A stretch of DNA of 64,000 nt from Eledone cirrhosa (GCA_964016885.1 OZ024743.1:32984001-33048000), one strand, 5' to 3'. Shown: positions 24,752-37,800, numbered from the stretch's first letter. Numbers and translations are program-made. The notes: generated from the letters alone by a model not told the origin.

Positions 24752-25689
24752 ATACTTTGGAAAGGTCATACTGCCAATAAAAACACATGCATCTGTTGGT
24801 TTTCACTTCAATTTATTATAAGTTTCTGGTTAGTTGGTTGGTTGGTTCGATAACTGGAAGGTTGTTTATATTGTGAAAGCTCTTTGGTCACACATTCTGT
24901 GACCTCCTCAGTGACTAGGCTTTTATTTTGTGTCTCTCTTTTGTTCTGTCCTACACCATCTACAAGATGGTGTAGAACAGAACAAAGGAGTGACACAATA
25001 TGATATATTTGCTGTCCATCAAAACAACATTAGTTTGGTTGTATTTACTTTAGATTTATTTATTGCTATCTTTCACTAATACTCTATTTTCATAAAGGAA
25101 GATATTTAATAAAGATTTCATTCACCATGTAAGGTGCTTTTGGTCATATTAATATTGGAGTCTTCCCTGCTAAAGTGATTTGTCATGAAAAAGCAATATT
25201 CTGTAGACATTTTAGTACAATTAATGTTTATAATAATATTATACACACTCTGTCAACATAAACAGATTCCATCCTATTGTGAACATCATTGTCATTATCA
25301 TTGTTTGACCTCTGTTTCCTCTTGCTGGCATGGATTAGATGAGCTGTCATGGTTCAAGCTAGATTCTGTTTAGAATTATTGCCATCTTACATGGGTCACA
25401 GGTACCATATCTCACTCCTGCATTTCATTTGACATGGTTTCTTTAACTAGATGTCCCCCTTAACACCAACCACTACACAGGTAATATGATTATAAAGATG
25501 TAGAATGATAGAGGTTGATTGTGGTGAGACTGAATATGGAGGGATCTATTACCATCCCTTATTACATCGGAGAGAATTGTTGAGTTCTAGTTGAGAGAGA
25601 GAGAGAGCTATGAAGAGTGCAGTAGATATAGAAATGACAGGAATATAATATAATGGATGTGAAACCCAAATTCACCTCCATCCACTATG

Positions 25690-26415
25690 CAAATAATCTG
25701 TTTTCCCTACATACACATACGTATGTCGAGGAGTTCTCAGGTTCGATGTGTCACCTCTCATTGTGGTTCTTTGTCATTTCCTTTGTGAGGTTCATATTCT
25801 TGAGATCTGTCTTCAAAACGTCATCTCTAGGTCTACCTCATCCAAAGGTTCCATCTACTATTATATTCAGCTTTTCCCTCAATGTGTTTGTGCTGACTCA
25901 TTCATGCACACAAACATTACACATTCAGCAGAGCAAGCTTACTTCATTTCTTTCTCACCATTGCAAATCTTCTGCATTCATGGCTTACTACTATGTATCA
26001 TCAAAGTTTTTACAAAAGCATTATACCATTTTTTCTTTATTCTGTGAAAGAACCTTTTTATTGCTAGAAATTCACTGACTTTTTTCTTCTATTTTGTACA
26101 GTGACTACTCTGATTTCAGTACACCCACCTCACATTCTAATTAGGTCTCCTATGTGACAAAAGCCATCAGCTACATCTAGGGAACCTTTTAAGCATTTGA
26201 AGGAACTTATTCCACATGCATTATTACTTCCAACTGCTCTTCTGTGTCTGTCACATAGGAAGTATACCTTCTTTCTTCACTTATTTGTGATACAACTATT
26301 CCTCCATAGCTTACACAGGGTGCATCATATAGAATGTTTACTTTCTAACATTATGCATATAGAGCAGGATCTTGTCTTTTTACTAATTACTACAACTTTT
26401 GAGAGTTTTCTTTGA
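25690..26415 (-). mobile_element. Degraded RTE 3' relic
   Basis: Minus-strand traces of 'VDGTFG*GRPR...LKTDL', 'NAEDLQW*ERNEVSLL' and 'VDVADGFCHIGDLI', collinear with the RTE ORF end. Confidence 0.65.
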
Positions 26416-28536
26416 AGCGACTTGATTTTGAGTTACCAAAATAAGAAAAGCCTGATATAGTAGATTCTAATGTAATAAGTGCGCTATTTTTCACCTGAAG
26501 TAAAGAATTTTATCACTAACTAATTTCATGTGTAATGATTGAATATAGAAACACAGACTCACCTTTACTTTCTGTTTGAAATAACTCTTTGGAATGAAAA
26601 CACCAATATTTATAATATAGACAAATATAAAGGATAACCATGAATTATATGCAATCAGTATTATCTTCTCACTTATAGAAAACCTACTTTGTGTGAATGC
26701 TTTCTCATCTTGTAATAGTCATTGGATTTTAATATGAACTCAAGATATAGCTCCATTCTTGAAATTATTTTCCACAAGGTATAATGTGTGGAATGTTGAA
26801 TGTACTCTGCACACACAAGCTGTTTATGACTGATCCTCTTTAAACATACTAAATCAAAGGAAACTAAGATCTATTTAGTGAAATATAGATATTTTGTAAT
26901 TGATAATTCTTTTGAAAAAGTAAATGGTGAGAGTGTATCCATCCCAGTAATATCAAGTTCAATTTCCTAAATGATTACCCTAATTTAGAAAAGACCTTCA
27001 TACACTCTTTAATATTTCATTTAATCTGATGATATTGCCTAATAGGATACTTCAGTTTCAGTGCTGGTAGTCTGCAAATAGATAACACTGGGTTCAGCTT
27101 AATCTGTGATCCAGTTATGTCGCTGTAGATCCACTAATATTTCTACATTGCATACCTGAAATCTAAAGTGATAGTTATTGAATAACCATAAGAATTACAT
27201 TGGCTATAATGAAAATGTGAATGTGTTGAATTTAATCCTTGCTCCAAATCCTTGTTTTATGTATATTGATGTTGATGGTTAAAGATTGCCATATGTGAAA
27301 GTGATTTTGATGATATATCTAGATTTGAAACCTATTTTAGAAGACTTCCCTTGGTCTGATATTGTGGTTCAATTAACTTGAGTTAAATATCTCCTTGTAG
27401 TGTGGTTGTTTAAACTGTATTCAATTCCTTTTTTTTTTCTAATTCCATACACCCAAATTGGAGATGGATTGGTTTGCAAATTCAATTCTAAGAATTTAGA
27501 GAGCTTATGTTTCAATTCAATGCTGTCTCTTATTTCATTTAATCATCTTATTTTTAACTAAGTAAGTTGATATATTTTGCTTAAAGGCATAAGGCCTCTA
27601 CAATAATTTCTACATTGTTTAGATAACTGTATATCTGACAATGAAAAGTTGCATAAGATTCTTAATGTCACTTCTAAAATACCTAAAAGAAAATTTGATA
27701 CACTAACAATTTTGTTTAATCAATTTACTCAACCATCATTCCACATGTTAAAATGTTAGGAGTCAAATATAAATATTCTATGAACAATTTAGTTTAAATT
27801 AATCAGTCTTCTATCTTTATTCTTGTGACTTAATTACAATTACAGAAATTATAAATACAGTAGGTTCAGATATGGAATCTAGAAAGTGGAATTTGAATTA
27901 TAAGGTCATCATCCTCATCTTCATCTCTTTATGCTTTCTTTTCATATTGGGACAGGATGGACAGGTTACCCTGATTTGAAACTGGATAGGCTGGAAAAAT
28001 TCATATTGCTCATATGTTCCATTTTTGGTAAGGTTTCTACAACTGGATGCTCTTCTTAAGACCAACCATTTTACAGAGTGTACTTAGTGCATTTCATCAT
28101 GGCATCAACACTAGTGAGTTTGTCTTGACTCACAAAATTAAAAGATGTCTTTAAAAATATATTAGTTAATCATTGGAGCATTTATAGTTTAATAAATGCA
28201 AACAAATAATCCTGAACATGTGTTGGGAATATATTAAGAAAATAATGTTTTATAAATGGTATTGATTATTACATTCCTCTTGAAATGCTACATGATAAAA
28301 CAGAAGATTAGGAATTACAATGTACTGTAATGAGTTTTCCCTAAAAGTAAATAATTCAATTTCCAAAGAAAATAACAGTTTTCCAAATGTTATGACATTA
28401 TAATGTTGGCATATTGAAAGGTATGGGAATAAAAATATCTCTACTGCTAAATATGATTTAATTTTGGTAAGAAAAATTTACTTAATGTCTTACAAAATTG
28501 ACTTATTCAGTTAAAATGGTTATATGTAATATATGG

Positions 28537-28574
<38 letters not shown>

Positions 28575-29116
28575 CTATATATGCATGCATACACATATAT
28601 ACACAAAGACAAATAGACTGAGATAAAGGGAAACAGTAGACAACACTGTTAGCAGAGAACATTTTAGAGCATTTTGTGCTGGTAACATGATAAATACAAC
28701 CGCACACTCTGTAAAGTGGTAGTGTTGCTACCATGGTAACATACAATCAGTACACTCTGTAAAGTAATAGTGCTAGTGACATGATAAAATGCACCTAATA
28801 GACTCTTTAAAATGTTTGGTGTTAGGAAAGGCAATTTTATAGTTAATTTGATACATGCCCCTGGTAATTTTATATTTACAAACACAAAAATAATGCAACA
28901 ATATTTTTCACACATTACGAACATTGGTTAAATTTAATGTTACTCTAAAGTATTGAAGTTTAAAAAGTGGTAACGCACCTTTGAGCTACTTTTGTTCATT
29001 ATTCACTTATGTGTTATATAATCAATAAGTATCTGTCTAGTTTAGTGTTTAAAAGATGTTAATTACTAACTACATTTTTATGTAACTACACATATAATTT
29101 ATATAACTAAATTTAT

Positions 29117-29167
29117 TGAGCCAATGAGGGACCCTTGAAATGAGCCAATGAGGGACCCTTGAAATGA
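29117..29167. repeat. 2 x 24-bp perfect tandem duplication
   Basis: tgagccaatgagggacccttgaaa twice. Confidence 0.95.
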
Positions 29168-29671
29168 TTAGTCTCTTTATGGAGCATTGGGCAATAAAAA
29201 TTCTTCATCCAGCAGAATAGCAAGCCTTATTAGCCTGCCTCTAGGCCAGACCCACTCATGTGTGCCAGGTCCGCCTTCACAGGCCTTATCCATCTTGACA
29301 GGTCTGGTTCACCACCTATGCTCTGCTCACCCATCTGGCTTCCACCCATGAGAGACTTATATTCAAAAGAGGCTCTCACTGGCCTCTTAGCAAACATACA
29401 TAATATGCAGCTGAACATCATTGACCACCTCACTAGAAATAGTAACGAAACTTGCCCAAATGAAATTTTACCTTCTTAAAAAAGGAATAATACATTGGAC
29501 AATAAATCTTGTCTGAAATATACAAAAAGTTGAGATGGTCATGAAGGGAATGTTTTTGATCATAGATAGGTCTGCTCAATCAAGGTGACCCTAGGGCTAA
29601 ACAACAACAAATCATAATGTATGAGATACCATTAGTTAATTTTCTTTTAGATTATTTTATTAGAGTTCTGA

Positions 29672-29828
29672 GCAGTGCCATCTTAAAGCATGGGCACACT
29701 GGGTAGTTGCCAGGGAAATCATTAGCTCTAGAGGCCCAACGCTAATGACTGTATGCTGTTGGTGTGAATATAGGGCTACACTAAATTGCTTTATCTTGAG
29801 GTCCATAACCTTTTCAAGATGGAATTTG
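29672..29828. mobile_element. Possible old hAT-like MITE
   Basis: cagtgccatcttaa...ttcaagatggaatttg imperfect TIRs around GC-rich gggccc motifs; similar GC islands near 53910-54110. Confidence 0.35.
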
Positions 29829-31026
29829 GTCTGAGTATATTACAGATTATAATTTTACTCCTTTCATTACTGTATTTCTAATGAATAATTTTGATGGATT
29901 TAGTAAAATAATTATTCTTTCTCACATTATCTATCTGGTCTCTGAAATCTAATTTAACAAATGTTCTTCCTGAAAATTATAATTGAATGTTTTTAGATAA
30001 AATAAACAGTTGTGTATTATACAACCAGGGACTGTTTCAAGCTGTTTTGTATCACAAGAGTTAAGATAAGCTCTGCCTTGAAACTGTCAGTAGCATTTCA
30101 GTCAAAATATATTGGTTTATTATTTCTCAGAGTTTTCTTATATTTAATTTTGCCCCTAAATAAAATAGGAGTATATTTATTGAATTTTTTTTTAGTTTCG
30201 TATTCAGTATTTATTTTTTTTTTTTAGTTATATAAAACAATTTAATAGAAAAAGAAGAAAAAAATAGATTGAAAAGAAAGAATAGAATGTAAAGTAAGGA
30301 AATATTTAAAAGTGGAAAGGGAAGGGAGAAACAAGGGTTCTAGTGTCACAGAAAAGTGGGGAAGGGGAAGGGTGATATGCTCTAGGCCTAGGGTGAGGCA
30401 GTAATGGGGCTGTGCTCTGCAGACAAGACCGTAATGTGCTTCTACAAGCACAGATTAATATTAATAACAGGATTTGATTTTGTGTCTCATATGTCCAATA
30501 TTAGAGCATTCATTAATAATATTTCTATCATTGTTAATATTATTATCTAGCTTTCTTCTACTGAACTTCCCAGTTGTTTAACACTTGTGTGACTTTGTTT
30601 CTTTTCCAATTATAATTTACATTTCTTTCAGCTGAATCACTAAAATATGCATACACTATGTTTTTCCTTTACCATAAAAGCTAGGTAAAAATATCATCTA
30701 TGAAATTTGTAAATTATGAAATCTGTCACTTTTTCTCTTGTGATAAATAATGATTACATCAAAAGTTCTTATTTATATAATTTTTTTATATTATTTTTCA
30801 AACATTATTTATATTATTTTAATATAATAGTAATAGCTGAAATATTTGTCATATTCTTTTAAGAAATTATGTTTAAACAATCAGAAGGAAAATAAAATTA
30901 CATTTTCCTTTAAAGATATTATATACCACATATATATATTTATCATTCTTTTCCTCTCTTTCACTCTATCATTTATTGGCAAATTCTTGTACTTACCTTG
31001 AGCAACTCTGAATCAATAGATGAAAT

Positions 31027-33975
31027 ATGAATCTGCGAGCTACCAAGCACCCACGTGAAGCGCCAACCCAGAGACCCTCCCCTACGAGTGTCGACAAATG
31101 CCCAAAACTCAGAGTTGGTACCATCAATGTAGGCTCAATGAAAGGAAGAGCAGGAGAAATCGTAGAAATGCTAGAGCGAAAGGAAGTTGATGTATGCTGT
31201 GTGCAAGAGACTAGATGGAGAGGAGGGTCTGCTAGAGTCCTTGTAGGAAAAAGCCAGTGCTACAAATTTTTCTGGGTAGGAAATGACGATGGGATGGGTG
31301 GTGTAGGTATACTATTAGCTGACAAGTGGGTAGATAAAGTAATCTCAGTGTACAGGGTAAATGCAAGAATCATTAAACTCAGACTAGTCCTGAATAAGAC
31401 AATTACCACAATAATATCAGCTTACGCACCCCAATCGGGGCTGCCAGACGAACTTAAGGATAGGTTTTACGAGTCCCTAATACACACTACTGCTCTAACA
31501 GACGACAAGGACTTCCTAATCATTGCAGGAGATTTTAACGGACACGTAGGTAAACACTGCGACGGCTTCAATAGAGTACATGGAGGCCATGGAGTTGGCA
31601 CAAGGAATGAGGAAGGATTCAGACTTCTAGAATTCTGCGACGCCAATGACATGTCGATATGTAACACAAACTTTAAAAAACCCGACAACCACCTGATCAC
31701 CTATAGATCAGGGGAGCACTCTAGTCAGTTAGATTTTATCCTCATCAGAGGACGTGACAGATGGACGGTCGTAAACACAAAAGCCTTCCCTAGTGAGGAA
31801 TGTACATCCCAACATAGCTTAGTTGTCAGCGACCTCACGGTCAGAACTAGACGAGCCCTGAAACAGAGGCCAACCTGGAGAAGAAAGATCTGGAAGCTGA
31901 AAGTCCCCTCAACCAGTAACAGATTTAAAGATATTTTACTCAACGCCTACGACAGTAAAGAAGAACAGATAGAGACATTTAACGTAGAAGAGAACTGGGA
32001 GTTCCTAAAAAATAACTTACTAGAGGCGACGGATGAGGTTTGTGGCTGGAGTAAGACCTCAAGCAGGAGGAGAGTGACTTGGTGGTGGAACAATAAGGTA
32101 GATGAAGCAGTCAAGGCCAAGAGACAGGCATGGAAAGAATGGAAGAACGGGGGGAGCAGGGTACATTACATAGAGACCAAGAGGGAAGCTAGGCGACAAG
32201 TATACTTAGCTAGGAGGGAAGCAGAGGATAGAAAATTCAAGCATGTTTTACAACGTGAGGACGAGAAACAGGAGGTATTCAAGATTGCGAGGCAGTGTGT
32301 CAGAGATAGTTGTGATGTCATTGGAGAGAAGTGTATCCGGAATGATAAAGGTGAGCTTGCCCTCACAAGTGCTGAGAAGAAAGATGCATGGAAGAGTCAT
32401 TATGATAGATTACTAAATGAGGAGAATGCATGGGAAGAAGAGACCCTACCCCACGTAGACCCTATAGAGGGACCAGCAGTACAAGTCAGTGGCAGCGTAG
32501 TAAGTAAGGCAATCAGAGATATGAAGATAGGGAAGGCAACCGGTCCATCGGGTATAGCTGCCGAGATGCTGAAGGCATCTGGGTCTGTAGGTCACACTAT
32601 AACCACACGTATCGTTAACCAGGTAATACTAGAGGGGGCCATACCAAAAGATTGGTGCAGTAGCATCATTGTCAACTGCTACAAAGGTAAAGGCGATGCA
32701 CTAGATAGAGGAAACTATAGAGGTATAAAATTGATGGACCAGGTCATGAAAGTAACAGAAAGAGTTATAGCACAGCTGATTAGGGACCGGGTGAATATAG
32801 ACGAGATGCAATTTGGGTTTGTACCAGGGAAAGGCACCACTGATGCCCTCTTCCTTGTGAGGCAATTACAGGAAAAGTACCTAGCTAAAAGTAAGCCACT
32901 CTACTTGGCATTTGTCGACCTTGAGAAAGCCTTTGACAGAGTTCCACGTGCAGTAATCTGGTGGGCTCTTAGAAAACTAGGAGTAGATGAATGGCTTGTG
33001 AAAGCGGTACAAGCCATGTATAGGGGAGCAGTCAGCAAAGTTAAGATTAGCAATGAGTATAGCGAGGAATTTAGCGTACAGGTTGGGGTCCACCAGGGCT
33101 GTGTTCTTAGCCCTCTCCTGTTCATCATAGTCCTGCAGGCAATAACGGAGGAGTTTAAGACCGGATGCCCATGGGAACTCCTGTATGCTGATGACCTCGC
33201 ACTCATAGCTGAATCTATGGTAGAACTAGAGAATAAATTCCAAACCTGGAAGCAGGGACTAGAGAGAAAGGGCTTCAAAGTCAACATGACAAAGACTAAG
33301 GTCCTTATAAGTAGACGAGAAAACAGAACCCAGATCCCCTCAGGGAAATGGCCTTGCTCAGTATGTAGGAAAGGTGTAGGTAGGAACTCCATTCTCTGCC
33401 CCAAATGCAAACAATGGGTACACAAGAGATGTAGCGGGATCTCAGGAAGCTTAATTAAGAATGTAGGATTCACATGCAGCAGCTGTGCTGAAACAGCAAG
33501 CAAACAGCCACAGGAAACAAGTACCACCAATCTCTGGGAGGGCCCTGTAGAAACAGTAGACAGCTTCTGCTACCTAGGTGACCGAATTAGCAACGGAGGT
33601 GGGTGCTCAGAAAGTACAATAACTAGGGTAAAAACGGGATGGAAGAAGTTTAGGGAACTACTACCACTGCTAGCTGCAAAAGGCTTCTCCCTCAGAATGA
33701 AAGGCAGACTGTATGATGCGTGTATCCGAACAGCGATGTTGCATGGTAGTGAGACCTGGGCGCTGAAGGTGGAAGACTTACGTAGATTAGAGAGAAACGA
33801 AGCCTGCATGCTCCGATGGATGTGTAACAGTAATATACGTGAACGACAAAGCATAAAGGAATTGAGAGAGAGACTGAGCATAAGAGGAATCAAATGCTGC
33901 GTGCAGGAGAGGCGGTTACGCTGGTATGGACATGTGAGGCGTATGAAGGATGACAGCTGCATAAAAAGGTGCTGA
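31027..33975 (+). CDS. RTE ORF: AP endonuclease + reverse transcriptase + PHD-like zinc finger (982 aa, prematurely terminated)
   Basis: APE motifs GTINV, CCVQETRW, SAYAPQ, IAGDFNGHVG, SQLDFIL, SQHSLV. RT motifs NYRGIKL, QFGF, FVDLEKAFD, GVHQG, LLYADD, FCYLG. The frame continues past TGA 33973 to 34146. Confidence 0.95.
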   Translation: MNLRATKHPREAPTQRPSPTSVDKCPKLRVGTINVGSMKGRAGEIVEMLERKEVDVCCVQETRWRGGSARVLVGKSQCYKFFWVGNDDGMGGVGILLADKWVDKVISVYRVNARIIKLRLVLNKTITTIISAYAPQSGLPDELKDRFYESLIHTTALTDDKDFLIIAGDFNGHVGKHCDGFNRVHGGHGVGTRNEEGFRLLEFCDANDMSICNTNFKKPDNHLITYRSGEHSSQLDFILIRGRDRWTVVNTKAFPSEECTSQHSLVVSDLTVRTRRALKQRPTWRRKIWKLKVPSTSNRFKDILLNAYDSKEEQIETFNVEENWEFLKNNLLEATDEVCGWSKTSSRRRVTWWWNNKVDEAVKAKRQAWKEWKNGGSRVHYIETKREARRQVYLARREAEDRKFKHVLQREDEKQEVFKIARQCVRDSCDVIGEKCIRNDKGELALTSAEKKDAWKSHYDRLLNEENAWEEETLPHVDPIEGPAVQVSGSVVSKAIRDMKIGKATGPSGIAAEMLKASGSVGHTITTRIVNQVILEGAIPKDWCSSIIVNCYKGKGDALDRGNYRGIKLMDQVMKVTERVIAQLIRDRVNIDEMQFGFVPGKGTTDALFLVRQLQEKYLAKSKPLYLAFVDLEKAFDRVPRAVIWWALRKLGVDEWLVKAVQAMYRGAVSKVKISNEYSEEFSVQVGVHQGCVLSPLLFIIVLQAITEEFKTGCPWELLYADDLALIAESMVELENKFQTWKQGLERKGFKVNMTKTKVLISRRENRTQIPSGKWPCSVCRKGVGRNSILCPKCKQWVHKRCSGISGSLIKNVGFTCSSCAETASKQPQETSTTNLWEGPVETVDSFCYLGDRISNGGGCSESTITRVKTGWKKFRELLPLLAAKGFSLRMKGRLYDACIRTAMLHGSETWALKVEDLRRLERNEACMLRWMCNSNIRERQSIKELRERLSIRGIKCCVQERRLRWYGHVRRMKDDSCIKRC

Positions 33976-34450
33976 GCACTAGAAGTTGATGGAAACCGCG
34001 GAGTGGGGAGACCCAAGATGACTTGGGATGAGGTGATAAAAGCCGACCTTACCCAACTACACCTCTCAAAGTCAATGACACACGACCGTGACTTCTGGCG
34101 TCACACAGTAATACAGGGTACCCGACCTCCCATGGGTACATGCTGAAGCATATAAACAATATGCCCCCACTCCCCCCACCGCAAGGTGGTCGTGGAGGTG
34201 CCACGGCAAAAAAGCACCCAGCCCACACTGTAAAGTGGACGTGTAGGCACCACGAAAAAGCACCCAGCACTCACTGTAAATGAGGTTGGTGTTAGGAAGG
34301 GCATCCAGCTGTAGAAATCAAGCCAGATCAGTTCCTGTATGAGCAAGGCATGGTCAGCCGACCAGACACTGCCCACAACAGGACAACCCGTCTAACCCAT
34401 GCTAGCGTGGAAGAACGGACGTAAAACGGTGATGATGATGATGATGATGA
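31027..34450 (+). mobile_element. Near full-length RTE-clade non-LTR retrotransposon (LINE)
   Basis: Single long ORF with APE + RT, about 300 nt 3' UTR, and a (GAT)n tail at about 34431-34450. No clear TSD seen. Confidence 0.95.
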
Positions 34451-34542
34451 CCTCACCACTTTTTAGATATTTCCCTTCACTCAAACACCCTATGTAGCAC
34501 TTTCAACTTCTGTCTTTCTTTTAGTCTATATATCTGAAAGCA

Positions 34543-34830
34543 AGTGGCTTAGTGTATAGGGCATTTGGCTTACAATTGTAAGTTCATGTTTTCAATTTCT
34601 AGACCATGTGGTGCATTGTGTCCTTAAACAAGACACTTTATTTCACATTGCTCCGATCCATTCAGCTTGCAAAAAGAGTGTACCTGTAATTCAAGGAGCC
34701 AACCTTGTAAAACATTATGCTATGCTGAATCTCCCTGAGAACTATGTTAATGCTCAGTCACTTACAAATTAATTTCATGGTAGCTTCTTTCATTGAATCA
34801 ATTGTAGCACTTGTTGTCGGAAATGACAGT
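34543..34830 (+). mobile_element. SINE with SINE-B-like head/core and a third tail type
   Basis: gtggcttagtg...gtgtccttaaacaagacactttatttcacattgctcc, then a 'tacctgtaattcaa...ccttgt' tail also seen at 43510-43670 and 54300-54440. Confidence 0.75.
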
Positions 34831-37800
34831 CGGTCTCCATATATCTGTGTTATGTGTATGTGTGTGTGTATATATCATAATCATCATCATCATCATCTTC
34901 GTTTAACGTCCATTTTCCACGCTAGCATGGGTTAGACGGAATATATATATATATATATATAATGACTAAATAAATACCCAAGGTTTAATTACATTATTTA
35001 ATAGATTTACATGCATTTCTTTGAAATACAGAAGGAAGTAGCATTTTATTCCTCAGTATTGAATTCTTCAGAATCCTTAAATAATATCTTGCTACATTCT
35101 TATGTTTCTGTTGTTGACTCATTCTATAAAAGAAATATCTATGGAACACAGATTTAATGTGACAGCATTAATGTTTGGTGAGTTCTTTCGCAAATTACCA
35201 TTTAATGGGAATTTACTTTGCCTTATTTGTATGCACTGAGGTTTTCATTGTATCCATGTATTTTTATCTTTTGTATACATTGATTTCTGGAAAGTTTTAA
35301 AATAAGTAACACTGCATAGGTTTCTTTCAATTTTAGCCTATGTTTTCAAAAATACATTCTAAATATCATGAAAGCCTTTACTCTTACACATGCGTCATAG
35401 TTTGATTTTTGCTTGAAAAAAGAAGCCATTATCTTTGACATATCTTCTTGGAGTAACTATACTATCACTCTAACTAGATACAGCATTTATTTGGCCTTCT
35501 AAGCATAGATACCTGCTATATTTAATGATTACCTAGTAAATGTGTTACCTACTCTTGTGCATCTATTACATCTGATGACCTGGGTCATAAACAACCTACC
35601 AGAAATGGCATTGTATCTTTTGTGTACCTGTTCATTATACAGGATACACATTATTGAATGTTTATCCACCCCTGCTTAAACATTGAGCAAAGTAGCCTCA
35701 TATATCACTGGATGTTTGTGTTCTTTGTCACCAATTAGTACTTTTGTGTTTAAACAATTTATTGTAGTAACGTTATGTCCATTTTATGGGTGGGCAATTG
35801 AGAATTTTACTTATAAAAACATACATAACAATGAGCCAATGAAAATATTCAACAAATGGGAATATGTTGTTTAGTAATATATCTCATATTATTGAAAAGT
35901 CAGAAGTTTTCTATGGTGATTTATTACTTTTTAAAACAAACATAATCACCAAATACAGACACAGTTGAGCACATGCATTTTTGGAGGCACAAAACTGTCA
36001 GTAACATTGTAAGAAAAGAGGTGAGTTCTAATGAAATTCACATTTAAAAGATTGATGAAATTAATTGTAACAGTAATTGGTGATCAATTCAACTTAAAAA
36101 AATACATATTCTACAAATTATTCTATTTTCATCCAGGGTTGCTCTGAGAAAGCTCAACATATCTTCTAAGAATAAAGTTTTAGTTTTCTACTAATAAATT
36201 TATCTTTCCAAACATGCATACTTAAATTATCTGAAAACAAAACATATATTATATTTCAATCATAACAAAAAAAAAATATTTTGGTATTTTGTATTATTCT
36301 TTGATACAAACAAAAAATAATAGAGCATTGAAGTTTAAATTGTTGTCACAACATATCTTACATTTCATGATATCACTACAATTTTTATTCTTAATATTCC
36401 CTGCTGATGTCAGAGTGGGGTCTTAGATGTTCATGGCTCTTATATGTGACCAAATACAATAAGTTATGACAGATATACACCATGTAAATGGTAGACAAGG
36501 GGACTGAAGCAAAAGTCAAAGAATTGTCAGTATAGAAATTTTTATTTTACTTAGAAAAGTATTTGACAAGTTAATGCAACAATTGACTTCATATATGCTA
36601 ATGTTTGATTGGTTCATTCATAAATAATTTTCAGAGGAGGGAAAAGATACTGACACTATCATAGCCAATACAGTAAAATAACAACAAGTGAAATGTCTTC
36701 ATGACGTTTAGTAAAAGAATTTATTAAAATCAATTAGTTTATATGTGTGTGTATTGGACCTCTAACAAGTGTTCTGGTTATTCGAACAATGGAAGAACCC
36801 ACACATGAATTTAATGTGTAAGTGGCTGAGCATTCTACAGATATGTGTACCATTAATTCAGTGTGACATGGCTGACCCATTGACTTACAGGTACAACTCA
36901 ATTTGAAAGAAAGTGTCTAGTGGACTACTGAAAATTGAAGTCACTATCTTACAACTGAGCCATATAGATTAACCTATAGAAATTGAATTTAATAATTGCT
37001 TTTATGAAAAGTCAAGAAGATACTGCACTTGTTCTTTTACTGTAATTACTACTATAACAAAATATCTCTCTCGCTACTCTGCAAATTGTTATATATCAAA
37101 CGTTATATTTTTTTTAAATGCTGTTTTCTAACCCATTTGAAATAACTTTATGTTTGAAACTGAACAGCGATATCTATCAACTGAATTCATTCTAAGACTG
37201 ACAAGGTGTCAGAAAAATAGTTTATGGATACCAATTATGCAACTATGTATACCTTAAGAGGTGCACTCAAGAATTATGACTAGATAACCTTGTAAATCTA
37301 AATGACCAAAGCAGAAAATGAAATTCTCTGAAGATTTTGATTTTATGTGTATATTCTGGTTAATATCTCATAGAGTGAAGTGATTTGAAGAAATATTATT
37401 GCAATACTGAATATGCCATTATCAAGGATTTAAAGAAACGTTATTTCAAAATCTGGGTCTTCAGTTAGAGAGAATAATTTGATGTTAGACAGTGGTGTCC
37501 ATGGGGATGGATGGGTACACTGGTTCTCAATTTACTCTCCCTTCTGGCTCTGGGACTCTTTTCAACCACTTCTGGGTAACTGCTTCTGCTGGCAGGCTAA
37601 ATTTGGTGAGGGACAGGAGAGATGGGTACCACCAAGCATTTCTAAGATCCATGTAGTGAGGGACACAGTCAAATGTCTAGAGTGGCATCCCAATGATTGT
37701 TTGTACCAATTGTGGGAACTTGATTAATTTGATTAAAATCTCATTGCAAGTTGCACAACAAACATCAAACCATATGCCCTCTTTTACAAGGCTGGCCCTA

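Noticed and set aside
23821-24853. Several YI/CV-rich ORFs
   Set aside because: Dinucleotide microsatellite artefacts.
26800-27700. Possible ancient retroelement relic
   Set aside because: No convincing collinear motifs could be read in any frame.
30985-31005. Minus-strand splice donor (AAG|gtaagtac) beside the RTE 5' end, suggesting an antisense LINE transcript
   Set aside because: A single motif expected by chance in 64 kb; no supporting exon or promoter evidence.
31467-34376. Antisense ORFs (up to 209 aa) over the RTE
   Set aside because: Shadow frames of a GC-richer coding sequence; no recognisable motifs.
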